DNA of 64,000 bases, taken from Alphaproteobacteria bacterium (GTDB lineage Bacteria > Pseudomonadota > Alphaproteobacteria > RF32 > CAG-239). Positions 45,864 through 55,434 of the stretch are shown here, in pieces. Made by a program: the position numbers and the translations under genes. The stretch lies in the NCBI GenBank assembly GCA_017479985.1, contig JAFVBL010000030.1:2509-66508 (forward strand). The letters run 5' to 3'. Numbering within the stretch: the stretch's first letter is position 1; every line of letters starts with the position of its first letter. A model generated the notes under the pieces. It was given only the letters and a program-made list of their open reading frames with translations. It was not told the DNA's origin and searched no databases.

Positions 45864-46442
45864 ATGAAAATTATAGGAATAACAGGTTCTATCGGTTGCG
45901 GAAAAACATATTTAGCAAATATTATAAAAAAGATGGGATACAGTGTTTATAATCCGGATAAATGGGTGCGCGGACTTTATAAAAATAAGCAATTTTTAGA
46001 TGTTATAAAACAAAATTTTCCGACAACATTCGAAAACGGTGTATTTAATAAAAGAAGTTTGAGAAATTTGGTATTCGGCGATAATAATGAATTACATAAA
46101 TTAGAAAATATAATTCATCCTTTTTTGAAAAGAAAAATAAAATATTATATTCATAAATTCAGCCGTAAATCAGAATTTATATTTTTTGATGCGGCACTAT
46201 TGTTTGAAAAAAATTGGGATATTTATTGCGATTATATAATTGTTGCGGATATAGATGAAGAAACACAAAAACAAAGAGTTATAAAAAGAGATAATATAAC
46301 AGAAACCGATTTTTATAAAATAATGAAAGTTCAAATACCGCAATCGGAAAAAAGAAAATATGCTGATTATATCATAAATACAGGTCAATCGGAAAATATA
46401 AATAAAATACAAATAATTAGAATAATGGACGAGATAATATAA
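45864..46442 (+). CDS. coaE: Dephospho-CoA kinase
   Basis: IGITGSIGCGKT P-loop, ~190 aa, typical CoaE layout. Confidence 0.9.
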   Translation: MKIIGITGSIGCGKTYLANIIKKMGYSVYNPDKWVRGLYKNKQFLDVIKQNFPTTFENGVFNKRSLRNLVFGDNNELHKLENIIHPFLKRKIKYYIHKFSRKSEFIFFDAALLFEKNWDIYCDYIIVADIDEETQKQRVIKRDNITETDFYKIMKVQIPQSEKRKYADYIINTGQSENINKIQIIRIMDEII

Positions 46443-47143
46443 TGAGAGAAATTTGTTTTGATACCGAAACAACGGGAAAATTTGCAGAATACGGTGACAG
46501 AGTTATTGAAATAGGTGCAATTGAACTTATAGACCATATTCCAACCGGTAACACTTTTCACGAATATATAAATCCGGAGCGTGAAGTCCCTGAAGAAGCA
46601 ATAGCAATTCACGGAATAACAAACGAACAATTAGCTGATAAACCTAAATTTTATGAAATTGCGCAAAAATGGATTGATTTTGTGGGTGATGACAGTGTTT
46701 TTGTGGCGCATAATGCAAAATTCGATATGGATTTTACAAATATGGAGCTTAAAAAATGCGGATTTAAAACATACGATAATGACAGAGTTATAGATACATT
46801 AGCAATCGCGCGTAAAAAATTTCCGGGACAACACAACAGTTTGGAAGCACTTTGTAAAAGATTCGGGGTTGATGATTCGGCGCGAACTTTTCACGGCGCG
46901 TTACTTGATGCGCAGTTATTGGCAGAAGTTTATTATAAATTGATATACGGTGACGGAAACGCGGGTTTATTTGCTTCCGAAAATACGGTAAAAATACATA
47001 AAATTAAAAATAAAACCGCCATAAATATAATAGAAAGGAATTTTAATATTTCTGAAGCGGAAGTTGCCGAGCATCGTGCATTTTTGGAAAATAATATAAA
47101 AAATCCTCTTTGGTTGGCAGATGAAGTAAAAAAAGATGCTTGA
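46442..47143 (+). CDS. dnaQ: DNA polymerase III epsilon subunit (3'-5' exonuclease)
   Basis: Exo motifs FDTETTG, HNAKFDMDF and HGALLDAQLLAEVY. 1-nt overlap with coaE. Confidence 0.9.
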   Translation: MREICFDTETTGKFAEYGDRVIEIGAIELIDHIPTGNTFHEYINPEREVPEEAIAIHGITNEQLADKPKFYEIAQKWIDFVGDDSVFVAHNAKFDMDFTNMELKKCGFKTYDNDRVIDTLAIARKKFPGQHNSLEALCKRFGVDDSARTFHGALLDAQLLAEVYYKLIYGDGNAGLFASENTVKIHKIKNKTAINIIERNFNISEAEVAEHRAFLENNIKNPLWLADEVKKDA

Positions 47144-48407
47144 ATATTTAAAAAATATAAAAAAAATATATATAAACAAACAGATGTTGGTTTTATTGGC
47201 ACTCGGTTTTTCAAGCGGATTTCCTTTTTTACTTGTTTTCGGAACACTTACTTTATGGTTAAAACAATCCGGTCTGGCTTTAGCTGTGATAGGCAGTTTT
47301 TCTTTGGTTAAAATACCTTATTCCGTAAAATGGTTATGGTCACCGCTGGTTGATAATATAAAATTACCTTATATAAACAAACTCGGAAGGCGTCGGTCTT
47401 GGGCTGTTTTAATTCAAGTATTTTTATTTTTATCAATTATGATAATGTCGTGTTTAAATCCGGCTGAAAATTCTGTTTTAATGGCTGTTTTAGCGTGTAT
47501 AACGGCATTTTTATCAGCGTCGCAGGATATAGTGCTTGATGCATATCGTGTGGAGTGTTTTGAAAAAAATCCCTCTATGCAGGCAAATGGTGTGGCTATA
47601 TTTGTTTTAGGTTATCGTTTGGGATTGATTTATTCCGGTGCCGGCGCGCTTTATTTGGCAGCCTTATATGATTGGAACACGGCTTATAAAATTATGGCGA
47701 TTGGTGTTTTGGTTGGTTTAGGTGCTGTTTTATATACAACCGAGGCTGTGCAATATAATTATAAAAAAACAAAAAAAAATATAGGAGAATTTTTACAATC
47801 ATCGGTTATTCAACCTTTTAAAGATTTTATAAAAAATAAAAATTGGGGTTGGATTTTATTGCTTATTTTTACGTATCATTTAAGTAATGCTTATTTTAAT
47901 CCGGTTATAAATCCGTTTTATGATGATATGGGATTTACAAAAATAGAAATTGCCAACGTAATGAAACTTTATGGTATGATTGCGGCAATCAGCGGCGGAA
48001 TAGCCGGTGGATTGATTATAACAAAAATAGGTTTAAAAAAAGGTTTGTTATATTTCGGTATATTACAATGCTTATCCACACTGTTATTTTCATTGCAAGC
48101 GATATACGGGCATAATATGCTTTTATTTATTATTGTTGTAATTGTGGAAAATTTTATTTCCGGTTTGGCAACAACGGCGCTTGTGGCATATATTTCTTCG
48201 CTTTGCAATAAAGCATACACGGCAACGCAATATGCACTTTTATCTTCGGTTATGGGAGCGTCACGCGATATATTTTCATCAACAAGCGGTATTGTGGCAC
48301 AGTTTTTGGGATGGAAATTATTTTTTATGGTATCGGCATTTATGAGTTTGCCGAGCCTTATAATTATATTTTTATGCTTAAAAGATGAAAAAAAGACATT
48401 AAAATAA
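47136..48407 (+). CDS. ampG: AmpG-family MFS permease (muropeptide transporter-like)
   Basis: LALGFSSGFPFLLVFGTLTLWL...PYSVKWLWSPLVD is the AmpG N-terminal signature; 12-TM MFS. Confidence 0.7.
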   Translation: MLEYLKNIKKIYINKQMLVLLALGFSSGFPFLLVFGTLTLWLKQSGLALAVIGSFSLVKIPYSVKWLWSPLVDNIKLPYINKLGRRRSWAVLIQVFLFLSIMIMSCLNPAENSVLMAVLACITAFLSASQDIVLDAYRVECFEKNPSMQANGVAIFVLGYRLGLIYSGAGALYLAALYDWNTAYKIMAIGVLVGLGAVLYTTEAVQYNYKKTKKNIGEFLQSSVIQPFKDFIKNKNWGWILLLIFTYHLSNAYFNPVINPFYDDMGFTKIEIANVMKLYGMIAAISGGIAGGLIITKIGLKKGLLYFGILQCLSTLLFSLQAIYGHNMLLFIIVVIVENFISGLATTALVAYISSLCNKAYTATQYALLSSVMGASRDIFSSTSGIVAQFLGWKLFFMVSAFMSLPSLIIIFLCLKDEKKTLK

Positions 48408-48457
48408 AAATAGTGCTTGCAAAACAAAATAAAGTGTTTTATGTATAATTCTGTTAT

Positions 48458-48533
<76 letters not shown>

Positions 48534-48542
48534 ATAAAAAAA

Positions 48543-48563
48543 ATACCGCCAAAAAGGCGGTAT
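48543..48563. terminator. Bidirectional intrinsic terminator
   Basis: ATACCGCC AAAAA GGCGGTAT flanked by A8 and T6. It serves the tRNA (+) and the glycosyltransferase gene (-). Confidence 0.75.
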
Positions 48564-48588
48564 TTTTTAAAGGTGTTAAAAAATAAAA

Positions 48589-50115
48589 TCAGCGCTGTTT
48601 ATTTGTTTTTCCGTTTAAGGATTTACCGCTCATTCTTTGCGGATTATCTTCCAAAACTTTTTGCACCAGATTATCTTTTTGTTCCGAAATTTGCTCCCAA
48701 GTCAGGTTGGCACGTACATATTCATAACCGTTTTGTGCAATTTGACCGCGTAATTCATCATTATTAAGCAATAATTTCAATGCTTTAACCTGACGTGCAC
48801 GGTCCTTTTCCTGAGAAGGCGCATATATACCGATAACTTTACTATAATCTATTGAATTATCTCTGATATCGGCACAGTGCGCAAAATCATTAAATCCGCT
48901 GCGACCGACAATAACCGCTGCTTTGCATCCCATTGCTTCAATAGGAACCATACCGAATGCTTCGTTTAAGCTCGACATTACAAAAATATCGGAAGCATTA
49001 TAAACGTGCGCCATTTCGGTTTGATTTAAAGAAGGTAAGAAAATTACATTATTTTCAAATCCACGTAAAATATCTTTACATTCTTCTGTAACCGGATTAC
49101 CTTTTTCGCCGCTGACCATATAAATAACGTCAGTATTTTCAAACATAATTTCAGCCATTGAACGTGAAAGTTCGCTGAAACCTTTGTCGCGTACCACACG
49201 TCCCAAAGAAGATACAACTTTTTTACCTGATAAATCAACAACTTGAGTATCTCCATTCAAATCAACATATTCAAATTGATGTTTTAATTTATTTTTCTGC
49301 GGAGCCGAAAGAGGTTTGAATACTTTATCATTATACCCCGGCGGAATAACCGTAACCTTATTTAAATCGGATAAATACGGCTCAACCGCCAAACGATCCG
49401 ATTCGTCAGGTGATGTGGCAATAATAATATCCGCACGGTCAAACTCATATTTTTCTTGAGCAATTCGTTGTTCAAAACCGTGCCAAGCCCATTCTTCTTC
49501 GCTTATTTGACCTGCTTGATATTGCGGCAAATTACGTTCGTATTTTTTATGTCCCAAAGAATGGCTTGTAACCAACATAATCGGCCGGCGACCCGTAAAC
49601 TTTTCTATTTTTGTGCAAAGCATATCTGCCGCTATCATACCGTCACGATAATGCCCTTCAACAACTTCGATATTATCAAGCTCTTTGTTTTTCTTGTAAT
49701 ATTCAAACAAATTATCGACAAGTTCCGGAATAACCGGCACAATTTCTTCTTTTGGTAAAAACATAAAATTACCGCCGGCAGGTACACGCAATACGCGACT
49801 GCGGATTTTTTCACTTTCGTGCCACTGTATTTCAACAGCGTAATTTAAATCGGATTTATTATATTCTTTGAATTGACCGCCGAATTGCGGACAAATACGT
49901 GGATCAACGCGGCGCGTAACCAAATCAACATTATATTTGCCGGAACTTGTCGCCAAAGCTTTAACATAATAAACCTGACCGCCGGTATCCTGACCGGTAA
50001 TAACTTTTTTTGAAAGAACTTTTGTAACCGGAAAACCGAATTCGTCGTTTTCAAAACCGAAATCACCTTCGACCAGTCCGTGAGTCGAAAACATTACTTT
50101 TAATTTTTTTGACAT
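48589..50115 (-). CDS. Sucrose-phosphate-synthase-family GT4 glycosyltransferase (SPS / mannosylfructose-phosphate synthase-like), no phosphatase domain
   Basis: The N-terminal motif GQDTGGQVYYV is characteristic of SPS/sucrose-synthase-type enzymes. It has a GT-B C-terminal half (…SLNEAFGMVPIEAMG…). 508 aa. Confidence 0.7.
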   Translation of the reverse strand: MSKKLKVMFSTHGLVEGDFGFENDEFGFPVTKVLSKKVITGQDTGGQVYYVKALATSSGKYNVDLVTRRVDPRICPQFGGQFKEYNKSDLNYAVEIQWHESEKIRSRVLRVPAGGNFMFLPKEEIVPVIPELVDNLFEYYKKNKELDNIEVVEGHYRDGMIAADMLCTKIEKFTGRRPIMLVTSHSLGHKKYERNLPQYQAGQISEEEWAWHGFEQRIAQEKYEFDRADIIIATSPDESDRLAVEPYLSDLNKVTVIPPGYNDKVFKPLSAPQKNKLKHQFEYVDLNGDTQVVDLSGKKVVSSLGRVVRDKGFSELSRSMAEIMFENTDVIYMVSGEKGNPVTEECKDILRGFENNVIFLPSLNQTEMAHVYNASDIFVMSSLNEAFGMVPIEAMGCKAAVIVGRSGFNDFAHCADIRDNSIDYSKVIGIYAPSQEKDRARQVKALKLLLNNDELRGQIAQNGYEYVRANLTWEQISEQKDNLVQKVLEDNPQRMSGKSLNGKTNKQR

Positions 50116-50203
50116 TATTTTTCTCCTGAAATTTTATAACAGGTATAGTATCAAAAATAAAACAAAAATCAAGGTAAATATAAAATTAAAGTATAAATAA
50201 AAA

Positions 50204-50251
50204 AACAACACCTCAGCCACAAAACAAAATTTGTAAGACCGAGGTGTTGTT
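50204..50251 (-). terminator. Large-loop hairpin terminator candidate
   Basis: 11-bp stem AACAACACCTC / GAGGTGTTGTT with a 26-nt loop. On the minus strand it is followed by TTTTTTATTT, 14 nt after the stop of the 50265-50855 gene. Confidence 0.45.
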
Positions 50252-50264
50252 AAGCGAAACAATT

Positions 50265-50855
50265 TCAAGTTACAAAGCGGCGCTTGTTCATTTCTGATTT
50301 TGCAACAAGATATTCTTCGTATTCATCGCGAGAAATATAAAAATCCTGATATTTTGTCAGTAGTACGGCAAAAGATTCTTTAAGTTCATCATCTTTCAGT
50401 TTGGCATATTTTTTCTGATAGCGCTTAATAAGTTCTTCACGTGCAAGCGCAAAATATATTGCAGCTTCGCGCGGATGCTCACATTCTTTATCCAATAAAG
50501 ACCATTGCCGCATAAAAGCGTTATACACTAAAATATCCAACGTCATTTCTTTAAGTGCAATTACAAAGTCCTGTTCTCTTACCGATTCGATGCATAACAA
50601 ATCTCGCCGGTCGAGTTCCTTAATAATCAATTTATGTCGTAAAATAATTGATTTTTCAGGTTTTTTGTAAGGCTCAAGTTTGTTTCCGCGTATCTTTTTT
50701 TCGGTATCGGACCACTCTTTCCAAAGATTTTCTTCCGACAGCTCTCGGATTTCTTTTTCTATTTTCTCAAGACGCTTGAAATTGAAAAATTTGATGATGC
50801 TGATAAGTGCACAGATACAGCAAATCACCACAAGAATAATAAAAATCTGCTCCAT
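50265..50855 (-). CDS. Hypothetical membrane-anchored protein
   Basis: N-terminal TM (IFIILVVICCICALISII) and a helical Lys/Glu-rich body; no motif. Confidence 0.45.
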   Translation of the reverse strand: MEQIFIILVVICCICALISIIKFFNFKRLEKIEKEIRELSEENLWKEWSDTEKKIRGNKLEPYKKPEKSIILRHKLIIKELDRRDLLCIESVREQDFVIALKEMTLDILVYNAFMRQWSLLDKECEHPREAAIYFALAREELIKRYQKKYAKLKDDELKESFAVLLTKYQDFYISRDEYEEYLVAKSEMNKRRFVT

Positions 50856-50924
50856 AATTGTTAAATTTTAATTATACAATTTTGTACCTATAATATATCG
50901 TATAAACAAAAAATTCAAGCAAAA

Positions 50925-51416
50925 TCACATAATAAAAACAATACCGTTCAAATCAACAACGGCCCAATTTAAGAAAGAGGCAAACAAAAGCCATAAAAAA
51001 TAAGGAATAAGCATCAAACCGGCAAGTTTATTGATTTTGTAGAACATAAAAATCATCATAAGCGTAATAACATCAAGAATCACCAAAACCGTAAAGCCGG
51101 CCAAAAATTGTGCGTTGTAAAAAAAGACATAACACCACAGAACCTGCAAAAACATATTAAGAATAAATGTTGTTGCTGCCGGTCGCACAAGCTGTTTTTT
51201 GTCACTGTTTAAAATTAAATCAAACGCCAGAACAAGCAGAATATATAAGATACCCCATACAATCGAAAAATAAATATCGGGCGGCGTAAATTCCGAAACT
51301 TTGATTTGCGGATAAAATCCGCTCATTGCTTCATTATTAAAATAAGAACAAAATGCACCGGTTACAATAACGACAAACAAACTGTATAAAAAATTATAAA
51401 AAGGTTTTTCAAACAT
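50925..51416 (-). CDS. tspO: TspO/MBR tryptophan-rich sensory protein
   Basis: 5-TM, 163 aa, with PPDIYFSIVWGILYILL and a C-terminal FLNWAV typical of TspO. Confidence 0.85.
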   Translation of the reverse strand: MFEKPFYNFLYSLFVVIVTGAFCSYFNNEAMSGFYPQIKVSEFTPPDIYFSIVWGILYILLVLAFDLILNSDKKQLVRPAATTFILNMFLQVLWCYVFFYNAQFLAGFTVLVILDVITLMMIFMFYKINKLAGLMLIPYFLWLLFASFLNWAVVDLNGIVFIM

Positions 51417-51495
51417 ATTTTTATCCTCCTTGCCTTATGAAGTAATTTTTGTTATAATTTTTTCAAGATTTTTTTTGATTCATCGGAATAAAAAG

Positions 51496-51523
51496 TTGAT
51501 TTTTGTCAAAAATAGTGTATGAT
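51496..51523 (+). promoter_or_regulatory. Sigma70-like promoter candidate for rnj
   Basis: TTGATT (51496-51501), 16-nt spacer, TATGAT (51518-51523), about 30 nt upstream of the GGAGG RBS. Confidence 0.4.
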
Positions 51524-51555
51524 GTATAAAAATATAAGATTCGGGAGGCATAAAA

Positions 51556-53682
51556 ATGGCGCGCACAAATACAGGTACAAATGTTGAATTTTTGGGCGGT
51601 AACAACGAATATCGCATCGGTGCCAGTTCTATTTTGGTTGAGCATAACGAGCCGAATAAACCTACGGCACGGATTCTGATTGATGACGGCGCTATGTTTC
51701 CGCCTGATTGGATTGGCTACGATTCGGCAATTCCTGATATGCGTCCGTATTTTGACAGTCCGTACGGAACGGCGGAAAAACCTGTTGATGCAATGTTTGT
51801 TACCCATTGTCACGAAGACCACATTGGGGCGCTGGTCTTTTTGGCAGCGGCAAAATTTAAGTTGCCGAAGATTTATACAAGCGAATTTACCGCCAATTTT
51901 ATTAAAGACCAGATGAAAAACAACAGTGTACCGGAAGAGTTTATGCCGGAAATTGAAATTATTCGTCAGGGTGAAAGTGTTAAAATCGGTGACAATATGA
52001 AAGTTTCCCCTTTTAATTTGCCGCATTCTACGGCCGGACAACTCAGTTTTTTGGTTAATACGGCTGTCGAAAATAAAGACAGTGCCGGCTTGGTGTTTAC
52101 AGGAGACTATCATTTGGATAAAGTTCCGTTCGGTCCGAGTTTCAGTGAAGAAGATTTAAAACAATTTATGGCCGATAAATATGTTTCGCATATTTTTATG
52201 GATTCGACATCGGCAACATCAAGCTTGATTGATGAAAACGGTGAGCGTATAATTCCTGATTTTGATACGGCGGTGCAAAATACATTACGCGAAGTACAGA
52301 AGCACCCGGAAAAACAGATTTTTTCACCGGTGATTGCCCGCAGTGTGCAAAATTTGGCGATTGATATAAAAGTTGCCGCAATGACAGGCCGCACACTCTT
52401 AATCGGCAGCAGGGGATTACGTCAGGCGGTTAAAGATTTGGAACGTATTATCCATAACAAAGACAGATGGGTTAAAGAACGTATTTTACAAGAGCAAAAG
52501 GCTGCTTACCAATCAGAAAAAAATGCGGAAAAAGCCGGAATTGTGTATAATAAAAAAGAAGAAAAAGCCGCACTCGAACAAAGAATTGCTGCCATAAAAC
52601 AAGAAGCGGAGTTTGTTACGGATTTGATGCAAATTTCGCCGACGGAAAAAGTAGACCTTGAAAAAGTTATTTATAATTTCAGCGATTTGGAAAATACGGA
52701 TATTCAAAAATATTTAAATAAATATAAGCCGGAACAACGCTATATGATTATCAGCGGTGCATTTGCCGAAGATAAAGCAGACCGCAAATCAACTTTGGTG
52801 GTTATGAGCGAACAAAACAAAGCGGTTGTCGATAAAGACGGACGCGTTAAAGGTAAAGGTATGACCGGACATCCGTTGTTTACGGTTGACGATAATACTT
52901 TATTTTTGTTGCGCCAACGCCCTATTGAATCGATTAACGGCGCAAAGCACCGTGCGGTGGTGGCAAAATTGCAAAGTCTCGGCGCAACGGTTATTTTGAA
53001 CGGTGATACGGCCGATACAAAATATCAGCGTACCGGTCACGCCACAAAAGAAGAAACTTTGCGTTTTCATAAAATGGTTATGGAGTATTGTAAAAATGCG
53101 CAAGCATTTACAGACGGTTCGCAACGCATTATTGATATTGCCGTACACGGTGACCAAGAGCAGCTGCCGGCATTGCTTGATGTGGTTAAACCGCATAAGG
53201 GGATTCCGCTTTTATGTCATAACAGTGATAAAATTATAATTGCATCAGGCAGCACGCACAAAGAACAAGGTGTTGATTTTGATAAACAAAAATGGATTTG
53301 TGTGCAAGCAAAAAGCATTATCGGTTCAGGAAGCAATAATTTGTTTGTGTTTGATATGTGTGACCATAATCTGATGTTTGAAGAACATTTGTTTACGGTG
53401 ATGAATGTTAAAGGCAAAAAGCGTGAAAGTGCGGTTGACAGCGAATATATGATGCGTAAGGCAATCGAAAAAGCCGAAGAAATGGTTGAAAAAGACGGTA
53501 TGTCGGCAACAAATATTGAAATAAGAGTGCAGAAACAATCTAAAAATCATAAGGATCGCAGGGGTGAAAATATGCGTCTGACGTATCAGGAATGGTTGGA
53601 ACAACAGGCTTCAAAACCGAAAGGTAAGTTCAGTCGCAAGCAAAAGAAAATGAATTTTCGGCGCGGCGGCAATGAAAGATAA
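51556..53682 (+). CDS. rnj: Ribonuclease J (metallo-beta-lactamase/beta-CASP), long form
   Basis: HCHEDHIGAL motif, beta-CASP region, 708 aa. It has a charged insertion (about residues 300-390) and a basic C-terminal tail. Confidence 0.8.
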   Translation: MARTNTGTNVEFLGGNNEYRIGASSILVEHNEPNKPTARILIDDGAMFPPDWIGYDSAIPDMRPYFDSPYGTAEKPVDAMFVTHCHEDHIGALVFLAAAKFKLPKIYTSEFTANFIKDQMKNNSVPEEFMPEIEIIRQGESVKIGDNMKVSPFNLPHSTAGQLSFLVNTAVENKDSAGLVFTGDYHLDKVPFGPSFSEEDLKQFMADKYVSHIFMDSTSATSSLIDENGERIIPDFDTAVQNTLREVQKHPEKQIFSPVIARSVQNLAIDIKVAAMTGRTLLIGSRGLRQAVKDLERIIHNKDRWVKERILQEQKAAYQSEKNAEKAGIVYNKKEEKAALEQRIAAIKQEAEFVTDLMQISPTEKVDLEKVIYNFSDLENTDIQKYLNKYKPEQRYMIISGAFAEDKADRKSTLVVMSEQNKAVVDKDGRVKGKGMTGHPLFTVDDNTLFLLRQRPIESINGAKHRAVVAKLQSLGATVILNGDTADTKYQRTGHATKEETLRFHKMVMEYCKNAQAFTDGSQRIIDIAVHGDQEQLPALLDVVKPHKGIPLLCHNSDKIIIASGSTHKEQGVDFDKQKWICVQAKSIIGSGSNNLFVFDMCDHNLMFEEHLFTVMNVKGKKRESAVDSEYMMRKAIEKAEEMVEKDGMSATNIEIRVQKQSKNHKDRRGENMRLTYQEWLEQQASKPKGKFSRKQKKMNFRRGGNER

Positions 53683-53762
53683 AAAACGGCTCATTACGTA
53701 TATTTAACGCTTGTTTTTTTTATATAAATGTTTTATTTCCTTAAAATATAAGGAGAGAATTG

Positions 53763-54563
53763 ATGTATACAAATAAGCACGGTATTAAAATTTATGACAG
53801 TTCCGAAGATTTTGAAGGTATGCGCAAGGCAGGTAAAGTTGCTGCCGAGTGTTTGGATTATATAGCCGATTTTGTTGATGTCGGTATTACAACCGGTGAA
53901 TTGGACGATTTATGCCTTAAGTTTATGGAATCAAAAGGTGCTGTCTCGGCTTGTTTGGGATATCACGGATATCCGAAGGCAACATGTATTTCCATCAATC
54001 AAGTAATTTGTCACGGTATACCTGATTATGAACGTAAGTTAGCGGACGGAGATATTGTTAATATTGATGTAACGGCAATCGTAGACGGTTATTATGGTGA
54101 TACCAGCCGAATGTATTATGCCGGTAAACCGAAAATTAAAGGAAAGCGCCTGTGTGAAGTGACTTATGAATGCCTTATGCGCGGAATAGATGTGGTTAAG
54201 CCGGGGGCGCATTTTGGCGATATCGGCGCCGTAATTGAAGAATATGCACATAAATACGGCTATTCGGTGGTTGATATGTTTTGCGGCCACGGATTGGGTA
54301 AAGTTTTTCACGATGAACCGAATGTTATGCACTGCGGCAGAAAAGGTACCGGTCCGATTATGGAAGAAGGTATGTTTTTTACGATTGAACCGATGATAAA
54401 TATGGGTAAAAAAGACGGTGTTATTCTTGCAAACGGTTGGACTGCCGTGACGTGTGACCATCAATGGTCGGCACAATTTGAACACTCTATGGGTGTAACA
54501 AAAGATGGGGTTGAAGTATTTACATATTCCCCGAAAGGGTTGGATAAACCGCCTTATAAATAA
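53763..54563 (+). CDS. map: Methionine aminopeptidase, type I
   Basis: Metal ligands in context (NIDVTAIVDGYYGDTSRM, CGHGLG, FTIEP, QFEHS). ATG lies 6 nt after AGGAGAG. Confidence 0.95.
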   Translation: MYTNKHGIKIYDSSEDFEGMRKAGKVAAECLDYIADFVDVGITTGELDDLCLKFMESKGAVSACLGYHGYPKATCISINQVICHGIPDYERKLADGDIVNIDVTAIVDGYYGDTSRMYYAGKPKIKGKRLCEVTYECLMRGIDVVKPGAHFGDIGAVIEEYAHKYGYSVVDMFCGHGLGKVFHDEPNVMHCGRKGTGPIMEEGMFFTIEPMINMGKKDGVILANGWTAVTCDHQWSAQFEHSMGVTKDGVEVFTYSPKGLDKPPYK

Positions 54564-54583
54564 CCTTTAAGCGAGGTACATAA

Positions 54584-55372
54584 ATGACTACGACGGAAGA
54601 ACAAGAAGAAAAACCGGATTACTATGGACACAGAGCGCGGTTGCGTGAGCGTTTTATGGTTGATGAAGGTGTCAGTATGGCTGATTACGAGCTGTTGGAA
54701 CTTCTTTTGATGATGGCGATTCCGCGTCGAGATGTTAAACCATACGCCAAAAGACTGATAAAAAATTTTGGTGATTTGAGAACGGTACTGCATACACCGG
54801 CGCATAAATTGCTCAGTGTGTGTAATTTGCCGCCGGTAGGTATTGTTATGCTCAGACTGCTTCACGCCTGTATACTGCGCGCCTCTTACGATGCATCAAC
54901 TGTTTCGGACCAACCGGCATTGAGAAGTTGGGAATATTTCAAAGAATTCTGTTGGAATAATTTGGCATTTAAAGAAGTTGAAGAAGTCTGGGTTTATTTC
55001 TTTGATGATGTTTTTCATCATAAAGGCGAAAAACATCTGTCAACCGGAACAATAAATAAAGCTGTATTTCATCAAAGAGAGATATTACGTGTTGCAATCG
55101 ATAACGGCGCATCAATAATTGTGTTGGTGCATAATCACCCTTCCGGCAGTTTTAAACCGTCAGACTTTGACAAAGCGGTTACAAAAGAATTGGAAGAACT
55201 TTGTGAAATGTTTGATTTGGAACTGTTTGACCATTTGATTGTGGCGCAGGAAGGTATTTACAGTTTTCGCGAATACGGACTGATTGAAGCAAAACAGAGA
55301 AGTGAAGATTCGACAGGGAGATATGATAAAAAATTGGCGGCAGAAAAACAAAAAAAGAAAAGTAAAAAATAA
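54584..55372 (+). CDS. radC: RadC-family JAB-domain protein
   Basis: HhH-like N-terminus (ELLELLL) and JAMM motif VHNHPSGSFKPSDFD. Confidence 0.85.
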   Translation: MTTTEEQEEKPDYYGHRARLRERFMVDEGVSMADYELLELLLMMAIPRRDVKPYAKRLIKNFGDLRTVLHTPAHKLLSVCNLPPVGIVMLRLLHACILRASYDASTVSDQPALRSWEYFKEFCWNNLAFKEVEEVWVYFFDDVFHHKGEKHLSTGTINKAVFHQREILRVAIDNGASIIVLVHNHPSGSFKPSDFDKAVTKELEELCEMFDLELFDHLIVAQEGIYSFREYGLIEAKQRSEDSTGRYDKKLAAEKQKKKSKK

Positions 55373-55434
55373 ATAATTGTAAAATAAAAAAATATAAGTT
55401 ACAATAAGTTCATTGCCACGGAGATTTTGAATAA

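Noticed and set aside
50204-50251. Possible third member of the extended-hairpin family (11-bp stem, 26-nt loop, directly after a minus-strand gene).
   Set aside because: The loop (GGTCTTACAAATTTTGTTTTGTGGCT on the minus strand) shares only CTTA and TTTTGTT with the conserved loop. The conserved flanks (AAGTAG, ATTATACG, AGAAT) are absent. I kept it as an ordinary large-loop terminator candidate.
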